Shown here: positions 39,060-50,964 of the stretch, piece by piece | How positions within the stretch are numbered: the stretch's first letter is position 1 | How the letters are laid out: each line of letters begins with the position of its first letter | Source: Octopus sinensis | Taxonomy: Eukaryota | Assembly: GCF_006345805.1 (NCBI RefSeq) | Contig: NC_043007.1 | Span: 16,740,001-16,804,000 of the forward strand | Direction of reading: 5' to 3' | DNA: 64,000 nt | Translations under genes and position numbers: made by a program | Notes under the pieces: model-generated | Database searches by the model: none | What the model was told of the DNA's origin: nothing | What the model saw: only the letters and a program-made list of their open reading frames with translations

Positions 39060-39348
39060 CTAGCAGTATCGCCCGGCGTTGCTCGGGTTTGTAAGGGAAA
39101 TAACTATATAAGCATTTTTAGAGAGTTACTTCCCTTATATAATAGCAAAAAAAATGGGAAAAAATGATGGTAAAATTTTTTTTAAATCGTAGACTCATCG
39201 TAGACACGCGCTAATACCCAGAAGGGCTCGATATGAATCACGACTATAAGATACCCGGTTTTGGTTAAACTGCACCGCAAAATGTGGGAGTAGTTAGGAA
39301 TCTAAATCGTAGGAGACAGACACACAACTTCACTTTTATATATAAAGA
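39060..39348 (-). mobile_element. Non-autonomous Helitron
   Basis: Minus strand: A|TCTTTATATATAAAAG... and 3' hairpin CCCGAGCAACGCCGGG followed by ATACTGCTAG|T; inserted between A and T with no TSD. Confidence 0.8.
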
Positions 39349-39444
39349 TGTACAGAATAAAGGAAGAGATGGAGAAATGGGGGATTTAGCAGATAGGGAA
39401 GAGAAATAAAAGGAATAGAAAAGGAGAGAAGAGGGTGAAAAGAA

Positions 39445-40295
39445 TTGCAAACAACATCTGATGTCTCTTTTACCCAGTTTTCTTCTAAAATTATTTACAC
39501 TCTATTGTGTGGACACACAGACACAATCCATCCAGTGGAGCATGGTAGCTTCATTTCTTTCAAGTCTTTGCAAATTCTCTGTAATCAAAGCCCATATTTC
39601 ACTGCCATGTAGCATAGCTATTTCTTTACTACCCACAAGGGGCTAAACACAGAGAGGACAGACAAACGGATTAAGTCGATTATATCGACCCCAGTGCATA
39701 ACTGGTACTTAATTTATCGACCTCGAAAGGATGATCGGCAAAGTCGAACTCGGCAGAATTTGAACTCAACGTAACGGCTGAGGAAATACCTATTTCTTTA
39801 TTACCCACAAGGGGCTAAACACAGAGAGGACAAACAAGGACAGACAAACAGATTAAGTCGATTATATCAACCCCAGTGCGTAACTGGTACTTAATTTATC
39901 GACCCTGAAAGGATGAAAGGCAAAGCTGACCTCAGCGGAATTTGAACTCAGAACGTAGTGGCAGACAAAATACTGCTATGCATTTCGCCCGGCTTGCTAA
40001 CGTTTCTGCCAGCTCATCGCCTTTTTCTTCCAGAGCGCCGCCTTTTTCTGCCAGCTCACCGCCATGTAGCATAGCTGTACATACACAGGCATCATGCAAT
40101 CTGCCTTTTACTCTGAGGAGAGGCCCTTAGTTACCAATAAAGGTAAAAACTCTCTGAACTTTGCCTAGCTCATTCTTATTCCAGCAACTACACTATCAGA
40201 ACTTCCTCCTCCACTGCTAACTTGGTCGCTTAGGTAACAAAAGTTGTCTACTACTTCTAATGACCCCCCTGAGCACTTGAGGAAGTCTATTGGGT
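39445..40295 (-). mobile_element. RTE LINE reverse-transcriptase fragment interrupted by a SINE B copy
   Basis: LEVVDNFCYLSDQVSSGGG...KFREFLPLLVTKG...KGRLHDACVCTAMLHG|SEIWALITENLQRLERNEATMLHW. The SINE is flanked by duplicated ATGTAGCATAGCT (39607-39619 / 40064-40076). Confidence 0.8.
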
Positions 40296-40682
40296 ATATT
40301 GATATGGTGAGTATGATAATTATAAATAATTCAATAAATAACTTTGTAGTGCAGTGAAAATAAATGCTTGCACTTGCAAAATGTTTTAAGTTTGAAATTA
40401 CTGTTGAAAGTATTCCCCAGATAAAAGAATTGTTTAGCTTCTAGGGATGTATATATTACAAAATCATTAAAATTTGTTTTATAGTTTTGCATGATTCAAA
40501 ATTTTCCACTTAATGTCAAAATCAAGGTCTTTATCTTTGAGATGCCAAATGTATTTTGACAAAGTAGTGTCTACACATCTGAGTGGGTTCCTGAAAGCGT
40601 ATGCAAGCAAATTATATCATCATTTAAAAGAGTTAACCATTAAGCCAATGCACTCCAATAATTGATACATTTAATTGATTAA

Positions 40683-40906
40683 CCCTTTAGTATTTAAACC
40701 GGCCATATCCAGTCAAAATATTTCACCTGTTTTATGTTCAAACAGGCCAGATCCAATCTCCAACACCTACCCTACAATATCATTCTAAAAATATACAATT
40801 ACATCATTGCAATACTGAAGCTACACGATAATGAATGCATGATTAATTCAAAATAATGTGAATAGATAGGCAATAAATTGGACAAAGAAATATGAATACT
40901 AAAGGG
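40683..40906. mobile_element. piggyBac-type MITE family P2
   Basis: TTAA|CCCTTTAGTATT ... AATACTAAAGGG|TTAA; a decayed relative lies at ~8083-8301. Confidence 0.75.
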
Positions 40907-42148
40907 TTAAATATCATTGTTGAATATTTAGTAACCGGTCTATTTAACTAGTTAAATATTACTGCCAAATGCTAAATTATATAATTCATGTTAAACTAAC
41001 TAACCTCAAATGCATTAGAACCATGGAAAAATAACGAATAAACCAACTGGTTTTTCAGCCAAAATGTTCTTAAAAATAGCTTAGTGCTAATCACTGAATG
41101 TTTTTCAATCAACCAGAACACCATAAGCACTTCAATGGGAACAATGTAAAAGTTAGCTATAAGAGCATATGTAACTAAAAGTATGTCATCTACAATATGA
41201 ATAACCAAGTAGTTAAACCACAATATCTGTCAAAAACAGATACAACCATAAAAGATCAAGAACATTTCTATAGAGTGTTAATTTAAAAAGAGAACTTACA
41301 AGATGCACTACTTCAACAAAAATGTATCAGTGGAGCAATAAGTACCACCTCTGATTGGTGTTGATGTCTGTACTAGGATGTAATCTCATGTCTCCTATTG
41401 AGTAACCATTTTTTTTCCAAGAGTGTTGACTATGTATTGTGGAAAAATACAAAATCATCTCACAAAAAATATGGTTACACTATAGGACACGAGATTGCAT
41501 CCTGGTACAGACATCAAAACCAATTCATACTGAAAATTGATCTGAGTTGCTTTGTGAGGCTAAACAATCAAAGACAAGGTATGAGTAACAGGATGAGATA
41601 GCAAAATACACGTAAACAACATAACAACAAAAGAAAGATTGACCAATGAAGGTAGGCCAACCAATAAAAATGATAGATATGTAATAGGAACACAACAGTT
41701 TGAATAACCGAATTAGTCACATGAAAGATCGCAAAGAGGGAAGCACAGGAACATGTTGAATCTTTAGTATATAAATCTTTTAGATGACTTGTTCAATTAT
41801 TCAAATATTACATTTTATTATGTTCCTATCATTCTCATTGGGTGACCAATTTTCAATTGTAAATCTATATTGATAGTCCCATCCTGCTAAGAGAAATTCC
41901 TTATAGCTAACTATGCACTTACTGCTGACTTGTAACTACTGCAGTATCTTAGGATAGTTACTCTGAAATCTTTCAGGCTGAGTATGAAACATGAGAAACA
42001 GTCAAATCCCCCTCATTGTGTTTGTGTGTGCATGAGTGTATGCATGTGAAATGTGTGTATTATGCGCATAGGCATAGGAGTGGCTCTGTGGTAAGTAGCT
42101 TGCTTACCAACCACATGGTTCCGGGTTCAGCAGAAAATTCAACAAAAC

Positions 42149-42186
42149 CTGTTACTCTGAGTTTCACGTTCCCATTCGTCGGACAG
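42149..42186 (-). ncRNA. Minimal type-I hammerhead ribozyme motif (CCGACGA core variant)
   Basis: CTGT-CCGACGA-ATG-GGAA-CGT-GAAA-CTCAGAG-TA-ACAG: stem I CTGT/ACAG, stem II ATG/CGT, quasi-palindromic stem III, GUA cleavage triplet. Confidence 0.65.
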
Positions 42187-43189
42187 TTTTTGCTAGAATA
42201 GAAATGATATATATATATGTATGTGTATGTGTATGTTTGCATGTCTGTGTTTGTCTCTCCAACATCCCTTGATAACCGATGCTGGTGTGTTTATGTCCCC
42301 GTAACTTAGCGATTCGGCAAAAGAGACCGATAGAATAAGTACTGGGCTTACAAAGAATAAGTCCTGTGGTCGATTTGCTCGACTAAAAGGCAGTGCTCCA
42401 GCATGGCCACAGTCACATGACTGAAACAAGTAAAAGAGAGAGTAAAAAAGAGTATAATTTACACATTACAAGATTGCTAAGATAGTAATGCAATACAAGT
42501 CGAAAGTCGACAACAATGGATGTAAGAGAACTATGACACAATTTAAGTCATGACACTAACAAAAGCAAGCATTGACACAAAATCATGTTTGACAGGGAAC
42601 GAATATATTATTGATATTTTGATGTTTATCAAGTAAAAATGTTGCGATCATTTGTTATTGAAAACAGTATTATTTACATGCGTGATCCGGCAGTAAGTGA
42701 TTCGGCAATTTATTTCACATTCTGCTTTATATATATATATATATAAGTTAAAAATGCAAGTGAAGATATGGTTGACTGAACCATACGCTACTTTCAACAA
42801 TGACATGAATGAACAACTGATCAAACCTGCTGGGTACTGAGTAAAAGAGAAAGAAAGCATTTTTTAGAATTTTCTAGAATTTTGTGTTATATAACCAAAA
42901 TGGCTGTCCAAGTACAAACCTCTGACTGGTTCGTAATTCTTTCATTCTTTTAGTCTTTTAGTCACTGGACTGCAACGGCACCACCTTGCAGGGTTTTGTT
43001 GAACAAATAGACCCCAGTGTTTATACTCCTAAGTCCGGTACTCGGTCTATTGGTCTCTTTTGCCAAACCACTAGGTTATATAGATACAAAGAAACTAGCA
43101 TCACTTGTTAAACTGTGGTGGGAGACAAACTCAAACATAAAAGCACAAACACATACATACGTACATACATATATACATATGTATGTATA

Positions 43190-43501
43190 TCACCGTGATC
43201 ACCGTGACCGACCAGGCTATCAGATGTTGCTTCACATCGCTGGTCACAATGCGCTTCGTATTGTTTTAGCCTTCAAATGACGCCACCCCGCTGGCTAAGT
43301 GAGCAGGTCAACAGAAAAAAAGAGTGAGAGAAAGTTGTGGTGAAAGAGTACAGCAGAGATCGCCACCACCCCTTGCCAGAGCTTCGTGGAGCTTTAGGTG
43401 TTTTCGCTCAATAAACACTCACAACGCCCGGTCTGGGAATCGAAACCGCTATCCTACGACCGTGAATCTGCTGCCCAAATCACTGGGCCATTGCGCCTCC
43501 A
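43190..43501 (-). mobile_element. tRNA(Arg)-like SINE nested in a SINE A microsatellite
   Basis: Reverse-complement head GGAGGCGCAATGGCCCAGTG...GGTTTCGATTCCCAGACCGGGCG; same family as 46596-47010. Confidence 0.7.
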
Positions 43502-44059
43502 CATGTATGTATATATACACATATATATGTACAAACTGACAGACACACACACATACACACACATGCATACTCACATGTGCACACATATACATATATGACA
43601 TGCTTCTTTCAGTTTCCATTTACCAAATCCACTCACAAGGTTTTTGGTCGACCTGGGACTATAGTAGACAATATTTGGCCCAAGGTATCATACCATGAGA
43701 CAATTTGGAACCATGGGGTTTGGAAGAAAACTTCTTAACTCACAGCAATGCCTGCACCTCTGCAGCCCACCTTTAAAGAAAAACTACAAAGCAGTGGATA
43801 AATATAACCTTACCCTGTTCCAACAAAGATATCATTATACATTTGAAGATGGAAAAATTGGTGTTTGGTATGTATAAGATGCATACAGAGAACAGTTAAC
43901 ACATTTTTTGCCAGAGGAAAATTGTATGTATGTATGTATGTATGTATGTATGTATGTATGTATGTATGTATGTATGTATGTATGTATGTGTGTGTGTATG
44001 TGTGTATGTGTATGTATGTGTGTGTATGTATGCATGCATGCATGTATGTATGTATGTAT

Positions 44060-44595
44060 GAGAGAGCAGTGCATGCCATCAAAGTGACATTGGGATAAAA
44101 TATACGAAGCCCAGTATACCCATCATGACTACCCGTCTGATAAGAGTACACCAGATACATGCATCACAACCATATGTGCACGACATGGTGATCTCATATC
44201 AAGATAAACTGCATGTGACCTTGCAGGTGGGGCCCAGTTAGAATTTTCTTCTGGTCAAGTAACCCTTCTTGCTCAAAAGTCCCTGAATAAGGGTTGTTTA
44301 AGGATGTTGAACGAACCACCCATGTTTCCAAAGGTGAATTATCCAAACCTCTAAGAATTCCTTTCAACACACAGCTATGAAGCTCCCCCACTACTTCTGC
44401 TCATGGTCAGAGATGCACATATCGTCAGCCACTAAGAGACATGCTCAACTTGTTAAGGTCAAACAACTGACAAGCAAATCTGTGGTATTGAGCAGAATAT
44501 TTGCTGTAGCCCAGCTTTTATACCAAGACAAAACAATGCACATGATAACACTTCCAACCAGATGAGAAGCCATGAAAGCCACTGCAGGGTACTGC
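44060..44595 (-). mobile_element. Family D non-coding element, second copy
   Basis: Same termini as 20279-20796; flanked by (ATT)n and (ATGT)n. Confidence 0.65.
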
Positions 44596-44596
44596 T

Positions 44597-44606
44597 ATTA
44601 TTATTA

Positions 44607-44650
<44 letters not shown>

Positions 44651-44797
44651 ATTAATATTATTATCATTATTATTATTATTATTAATATTAATATTATTAT
44701 CATTATTATTATTAATATTATTATTATTAATATTATTAATATTATTATTATTATCATTATTATTATTATTATTATTATTATCATTATTATTATTATT
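44597..44797. repeat. (ATT)n microsatellite
   Basis: Directly visible. Confidence 0.95.
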
Positions 44798-45014
44798 CTT
44801 TTTTATTCTTTTATTCTTTTACTTGTTTCAGTCATTTGACTGCGGCCATGCTGGAGCACCGCCTTTAGTCAAGCAAATCGACCCCGGGACTTATTCTTTG
44901 TAAGCCCAGTACTTATTCTATCAGTCTCTTTTGCTGAACCGCTAAGTGACGGGGACGTAAACACACCAGCATCGGTTGTTAATCAATACTAGGGGGACAA
45001 ACACAGACACACAA

Positions 45015-45045
<31 letters not shown>

Positions 45046-45366
45046 CATATATATGACAGGCTTCTTTCAGTTTCCGTCTACCAAATCCACTCACAAGGCA
45101 TTGGTCGGCCCAGGGCTATAGCAGAAGACACTTGCTCAAGATGCCACGCAGTGGGACTGAACCCTCAACCATGTGGTTGGTTAGCAAGCTACTTACCACA
45201 CAGCCACTCCTGCGCCTATTATCATTATTATTATTATAAAACATTGACACCACTGTAAAAATGAGACTTTTGTGCTATTTTTTTTTATACTGAATTTTAT
45301 TGTTTGCTAACCAAAGATAGAAAAAAAGAAACCTGTAATGACCTGTAATATTCATAGCCACTTTAA

Positions 45367-45588
45367 CCTTTTCGTTACTGTATTTATTTTGAGATGCTCT
45401 GTGTTTCTTTCAATTAATTTTAAATATAGCAAAGAATTTAGTGAAATGACTTAGTTATCATTAAGCTAGTGTTAGGAACATAAATTGTGACTAAGATTTG
45501 GTGGAAGATTTTAATTCAAAACTTATGAAAACAAGATATTTGTACTACAGAGCCAGAGCCGGTTTCAGCCGGGTTGATAACGAAAGGG
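45367..45588 (-). mobile_element. piggyBac-type MITE P1 inserted in the TTAA of another inverted-repeat element (45346-45799)
   Basis: TTAA-flanked. The host has ~60-bp imperfect TIRs beginning TAATATTCATAGCCACTTTAACAT. Confidence 0.8.
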
Positions 45589-45843
45589 TTAACATAGCTG
45601 CCTATTCAAGTGGATTCTACTGCAATTATTTAATCCCAAGAGGACATCTCCTCTAGTTGGTTAACGACACACAGCTGCATCTGATAAAACTGCGAGCAGG
45701 GGAACGAACCCCAGCCATCTCCTAGCTCCCCTTGCAGTTAAAGAATCACAGTAGAGTCCACTAGAATGGTCAACCATGTTAAAGTGGCTATGAATATTAT
45801 TTGTCAGTACAACAACTGTATTGTTCTATTGAATGGGTATGAG

Positions 45844-46412
45844 CAGTGGTTCTCAACCAGGATTCACATGGTCCCTGACAGTCCATATATGATTTTGGGG
45901 GGTCCATGCAACAAAATAGTAAATTGAGGATCTACAATAGTATTTTAAGGGGCCCTGAAAAAATGTTGCTTTAGTCGTATGCATTGCAAGAAACAGCTAG
46001 GTTTCTTTCTTTAACCCTTTTGTTACCAATCCAGTTGAAACTGGCTCTGGCTCTGTAGTACAAATGTCTTGTTTTCATAAGTTTTGAATTAAAATCTTCC
46101 ACCAAACCTTAGTCACAATTTATGTTCCTAACACTAGCTGGATGATAACTAAGTTATTTCACTAAATTCTTTGTTATATTTAAAATTAATTGAAAGAAAC
46201 AGAGAGCATCTCAAAATAAATACGGTAATGAAAGGGTTAATGCTTTACATGGTTCAATCTATACAAGTTAATGTGTGAAAAGCAAAATAGGAATTTTGAA
46301 AGAAGTTTCTATAAAACTAGCTTTTAAACATTGAATGGTTATAGGAGTCCACTAGAATAGAATAATAATCACAGGGGTCCATAGATACAAAAAAAATGGT
46401 TGAGAACCCCTG
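45844..46412. mobile_element. hAT (Charlie/Ac-like) MITE with nested P1 MITE (46015-46236)
   Basis: TIRs CAGTGGTTCTCAACC / GGTTGAGAACCCCTG; 8-bp TSD GGTATGAG at 45836-45843 and 46413-46420. Confidence 0.85.
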
Positions 46413-46595
46413 GGTATGAGGGTCCACCCAGGTACAAGAGAAATCAAAGGGGTCCATAAAAAAAAAATTGTTGATAAATAATTGTTGAGACCTATATATA
46501 CTATGTGTGAAAAATAAGATGAGATGAGCAGGGTTGGAACACTTTTGACTATACTTGCTAAACCAAAACTAACTCAAGGTTAGAGAGCAACACCA

Positions 46596-47010
46596 GGAGG
46601 CACAATGGCCCAGTGGTTAGGGTAGTGGACTCGCGGTCGGAGGATCGCGGTTTCGATTCCCAGACCGGGCGTTGTGTGTGTTTATTGAGTGAAAACACCT
46701 AAAGCTCCACAAGGCTCCGGCAGAGGGTGGTGGCGACCCCTGTTGTACTCTTTCGCTTCAACTTTCTCTCACTCTTTCTTCCTGTTTCCTGTCCCTGACT
46801 TCCTATGCAACTGCTGAGCCTGGATGCGCATTCATCCATCCGTCGATGCTCTCGGTGTTGGGGGGGGGGGGGGTGACCTACTTTCTCTTCTGCGGGTCTT
46901 ACGAATAGCAAAGGACCACGTTTTGGACTTCTCCCACCACAGAGGCGCGATCTTGCGACTTCTGGGATGAAGACCACTTCGCTCAACAAACAAACAAAGA
47001 AAGAGCAACA
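46596..47010 (+). mobile_element. tRNA(Arg)-like SINE (possibly the octopus OR-type family)
   Basis: A box TGGCCCAGTGG, B box GGTTTCGATTCC, pyrimidine-rich body, (CAAA)n tail; related copy at 56423-56727. The family name is recalled, not verified. Confidence 0.7.
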
Positions 47011-48083
47011 CCAACAAAAATATTAATTAAACTATAAAGTTAATTAACAGTTAATTAACAGTTGCATGATCATTGCTGACACAAACGAAATTCATTTAGG
47101 TTAACATTTTTTTCTTTTAAGTGAAAAAAAAAAAAAAAATTCCTTGGGGAAATAAAGTATTTAAACCTAATTGTGAGCATTTATATGTTAGATCACTGTC
47201 ATCTTAAAAGTTAAATTAATAGCAAGCATTGACATGACTTGAAATATTATCAACCAGTTAGCAATGGCATTAAAATGGTAAGTAGGTTGATGAATGTTGA
47301 ATGGTTTTTGAAGTAATTCAACCTGGCAAAAAATACCTTTCGTTTTGTATATTAAAAGTGTGCAGGAGTGGCTGTGTGGTAAGTAGCTTGTTTACCGACC
47401 ACATGGTTCCAGGTTCAGTCCCACTGCACGGCACCTTGGGCAAGTGCCTTCTACTATAGCCTCGGGCTGACCAATGCCTTGTGAGTGGATTTGGTAGACG
47501 GGAACTGAAATAAGCCTGTCGTATATATGTATATATATATATATGTGTGTGTGTGTGTTTGTGTGTCTGTGTTTGTTCCTCTAGCATTGCTTGACAACCG
47601 ATGCTGGTGTGTTTATGTCCCCGTTACTTAGCGGTTCGGCAAAAGAGACCGATAGAATAAGTACTGGGCTTACAAAGAATAAGTCCCGGGGTCGAGTTGC
47701 TCAACTAAAGGTGGTGCTCCAGCATGGCCGCAGTCAAATGACTGAAACAAGTAAAAGAGTAGAGAGTAAAGAGTATGTATCTACAAACATACTCCCATAA
47801 AAGATATACATGTGTGTGTATGTGTGTGTGGATATCTAGCTAGATAGATAGATAAATAGATAGATTGATATACTCTTTGACTTGTTTCAGTCATTTGACT
47901 GTGGCCATGCTGGAGCACTGCCTTTAGTCGAGCAAATCGACACCAGGACTTATTCTTTGTAAGCCTAATACTTATTCTATCAGTTCTCTTTTGCTGAACC
48001 GCTAAGTTACAGGGACGTAAGCATACGAGCATCGGCTGTCAAGGGATGTTGGGGCGACAAACACAGATGCACAAACACACACA

Positions 48084-48126
<43 letters not shown>

Positions 48127-48419
48127 TAAAAAGACTCCGCCGGTTACGACGACGAGGGTCCCAGCTGATACGATCAACGGAACAGCTTGCTCGTGAAATT
48201 AACGTGTACCCTTAACGTAGTTCTCGGGGATAATCAGCGTGACACAGAGAGTGACAAGGCTGACCCTTTGAAATACAAGTACAACTCATTTTTGCCAGCT
48301 GAGTGGACTGGAGCAACGTGAAATAAAGTGTCTTGCTCAAGGACACAACGCGTCGCCGGGAATCGAACTCACAACCTTACGATCATGAGCCGAATGCCCT
48401 AACCACTAAGCCACGCGCC

Positions 48420-48422
<3 letters not shown>
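48127..48422 (-). mobile_element. tRNA-derived SINE inserted in (TA)n
   Basis: Reverse-complement head GAGGGCGCGTGGCTTAGTGGTTAGGGCATTCGG...GAGTTCGATTCCC; near-identical copy at 49751-50073, also in (TA)n. Confidence 0.8.
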
Positions 48423-48451
<29 letters not shown>

Positions 48452-49078
48452 CGACGGGCTTCTTTCAGTTTCTGTCTACCAAATCCACTCACAAGGCTTT
48501 GGTCGGCCCGAGGCTATAGTAGAAGACACTTGCCCAAGGTGCCATGCAGTGGGACTGAACCCAGAACCATGTGGTTCGTAAGCAAGCTACTTACCACACA
48601 GCCACTCCTACGCCTATGTATGTATATACATATGTATACACATGCAGATATATTGTAAGTCAGTATAACCCATTTGATTTGACAAGTTAGATCAATAGTT
48701 ATTGTATATATCACATAATAGAATACAATATAAGCCAAGCTGTTGGTGATTTGTACCAGAAAACTACAACTATAGATCAAAAAGTGAGTATCCACCAAGT
48801 ACTGGAGTACCTTCTCCTCCTTATTGCAGGCCTTATACTAAGATTATAGAGAAGGCAGTAAGCTGGTTGAATAGTTGGTGCACTAGATAAAATCTTAAGT
48901 AACAGTTCTTCCAGCCACTTACATTCTGAGTTCAAATTCTGTCAAGGTCAACTTAGCTTTTCACCCTAACATGGTTGTTATAATAAAGTACCAGTCAAGT
49001 ACTGGAGTCAATGACATTGACTAACCCCCACACCCTAAAATTGCTGGCCTGTCGCTAGTCTATTTTCTAGTTTATTAA

Positions 49079-49299
49079 CCCTTTTGTTACCAACCCAGCT
49101 GAAACCGGCTCTGGATCTGTAGTACAAATGTTTCATTTTCATAAGTTTTGAATTAAAATCTTCCACCAAACCTTAGTCACAATTTATGTTCCTAACACTA
49201 GCTGAATGATAACTAAGTTATTTTACTAAATTCTTTGTTATATTTAAAATAATTGAAAGAAACTCAGAGCATCTCAAAATAAATACGGTATCGAAAGGG
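49079..49299 (+). mobile_element. piggyBac-type MITE P1
   Basis: TTAA|CCCTTTTGTTACC...TCGAAAGGG|TTAA. Confidence 0.85.
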
Positions 49300-49700
49300 T
49301 TAAATAAAATTTACACGACATGGAAGGTGTCTGATGCCACATCCCAATCCTCACAATCTATCGATGTTAAAACAAATGCCACCATCTGATGAAGGGCTAT
49401 ATTTACTTGTAAGTGTTCACAGAAAAGGCAAATAAAGCATATACCAGCGACATGACTTCTCTTCAGTTATTATGCTACTGAGGTGATTGTTGACAGAAAC
49501 AAGATGACACATTTCTTCATTTGATCAATGTTTGAGTATTGTTCAACTATCTATGGCCTGTTTTATGACTTTCTTGACTTACATTCCAATATTGTTTGTG
49601 AATACTACATCTATGGCCTCACAACAATATACATAATATAGGTTTACACCAGAGACATTTAACACACACACACACACACACATATATATACACATGTATG

Positions 49701-49750
<50 letters not shown>

Positions 49751-49754
<4 letters not shown>

Positions 49755-50073
49755 GACTCCGCCGGTTACGACGACGAGGGTCCCAGCTGATACGATCAAC
49801 GGAACAGCTTGCTCGTGAAATTAATGTGCAAATGGCTGAGCATTCCACAGACACGTGTACCCTTAACGTAGTTCTCGGGGATAATCAGCGTGACACAGAG
49901 AGTGACAAGGCTGACCCTTTGAAATACAAGTACAACTCATTTTTGCCAGCTGAGTGGACTGGAGCAACGTGAAATAAAGTGTCTTGCTCAAGGACACAAC
50001 GCGTCGCCGGGAATCGAACTCACAACCTTACGATCATGAGCCGAATGCCCTAACCACTAAGCCACGCGCCCTC
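49751..50073 (-). mobile_element. tRNA-derived SINE inserted in (TA)n (copy 2)
   Basis: Matches 48127-48422, plus an extra ~30-bp internal segment. Confidence 0.8.
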
Positions 50074-50091
50074 ATATATATATATATATAT

Positions 50092-50319
50092 ACTGGAGTA
50101 AGCACATAAATGTGAAACAAGGTGGAAAAAAAGAGCACTCAAATACCAGAGGTAGAGTAATACACTTTATTTAAAAGCAGCAGAAATATAACAAAAGCAG
50201 TTACTCGGAGTTTCACGTTCCCGTTTGTTGGACAGTTTTTTTAACAAAACTGTCCAACAAACGGGAACGTGAAACTCCGAGTAACAGCTTTTGTTATATT
50301 TTTGCTGCTTTTAAATAAA
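50092..50319. mobile_element. Fold-back Penelope-like repeat carrying two decayed hammerheads
   Basis: Arms 50166-50240 / 50246-50319; CTGT-CCAACAA-ACG-GGAA-CGT-GAAACTCCGAGTA-ACAG at 50250-50287, the same family as 42149-42186. Confidence 0.65.
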
Positions 50320-50330
50320 AATATATATAT

Positions 50331-50387
<57 letters not shown>

Positions 50388-50568
50388 TTGTATGATTATG
50401 TATAGAGGAATATATTATTCAAAAGAAATTCCAACTCTGTTTTTTATGTTTTATTTATATTCTTTATAATATTAATGTAGAACATAGAATATATAGTATA
50501 AATAGTATATATAGTAAAATGAATTGAAGTATTGATTGTCTTATTGAATATCAAATATTAAATATTAA

Positions 50569-50612
50569 GGGACTAGTATACTTTCTTGCATTTAAGCAGT
50601 CTTCAAGGTCCC
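50569..50612 (-). ncRNA. Minimal hammerhead motif with one extra core nucleotide
   Basis: GGGAC-CTTGAAGA-CTGC-TTAAAT-GCAA-GAAA-GTATAC-TA-GTCCC: 5-bp stem I, palindromic stem III AGTATACT, CUA triplet. Confidence 0.55.
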
Positions 50613-50768
50613 AGGTTGTGACAGGAGTGTTTCAACTGTATATATATATATATATATATAGTTAATCCAAAGAAGAAAACACAAGAAAACACAAAAAAAC
50701 ACAACAACGCGAGGACGTGGAACAAATATAGTATTATTGGACGCTCAGGAAAGAAGGGAAGGAGGAGG

Positions 50769-50803
50769 GTTTAATGTTTCGGGCGGAGCTCTTCGTCGGA
50801 AAC
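50769..50803 (-). ncRNA. Decayed minimal hammerhead (CCGACGA core) in a Penelope-like repeat (~50661-50826)
   Basis: GTTT-CCGACGA-A-GAGC-TCC-GCCC-GAAA-CATT-AAAC: stem I GTTT/AAAC; single mismatches in stems II and III. Confidence 0.5.
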
Positions 50804-50837
50804 ATAGGAGAAGGAAAGATCCCGAATATATATATAC

Positions 50838-50868
<31 letters not shown>

Positions 50869-50933
50869 CATACATACATACATATATACATACATATATA
50901 CATACATATATATGTATATGTATATATATATAT

Positions 50934-50964
<31 letters not shown>

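Noticed and set aside
46596-46670. tRNA-like sequences (also ~48350-48422 and 56423-56495)
   Set aside because: SINE heads that continue into repeat bodies and lack a proper acceptor stem; not tRNA genes.
49384-49510. CATCTGATGAAGGG...GAAACAAGATG possible hammerhead
   Set aside because: No convincing stem II or NUH triplet; at most a decayed remnant.
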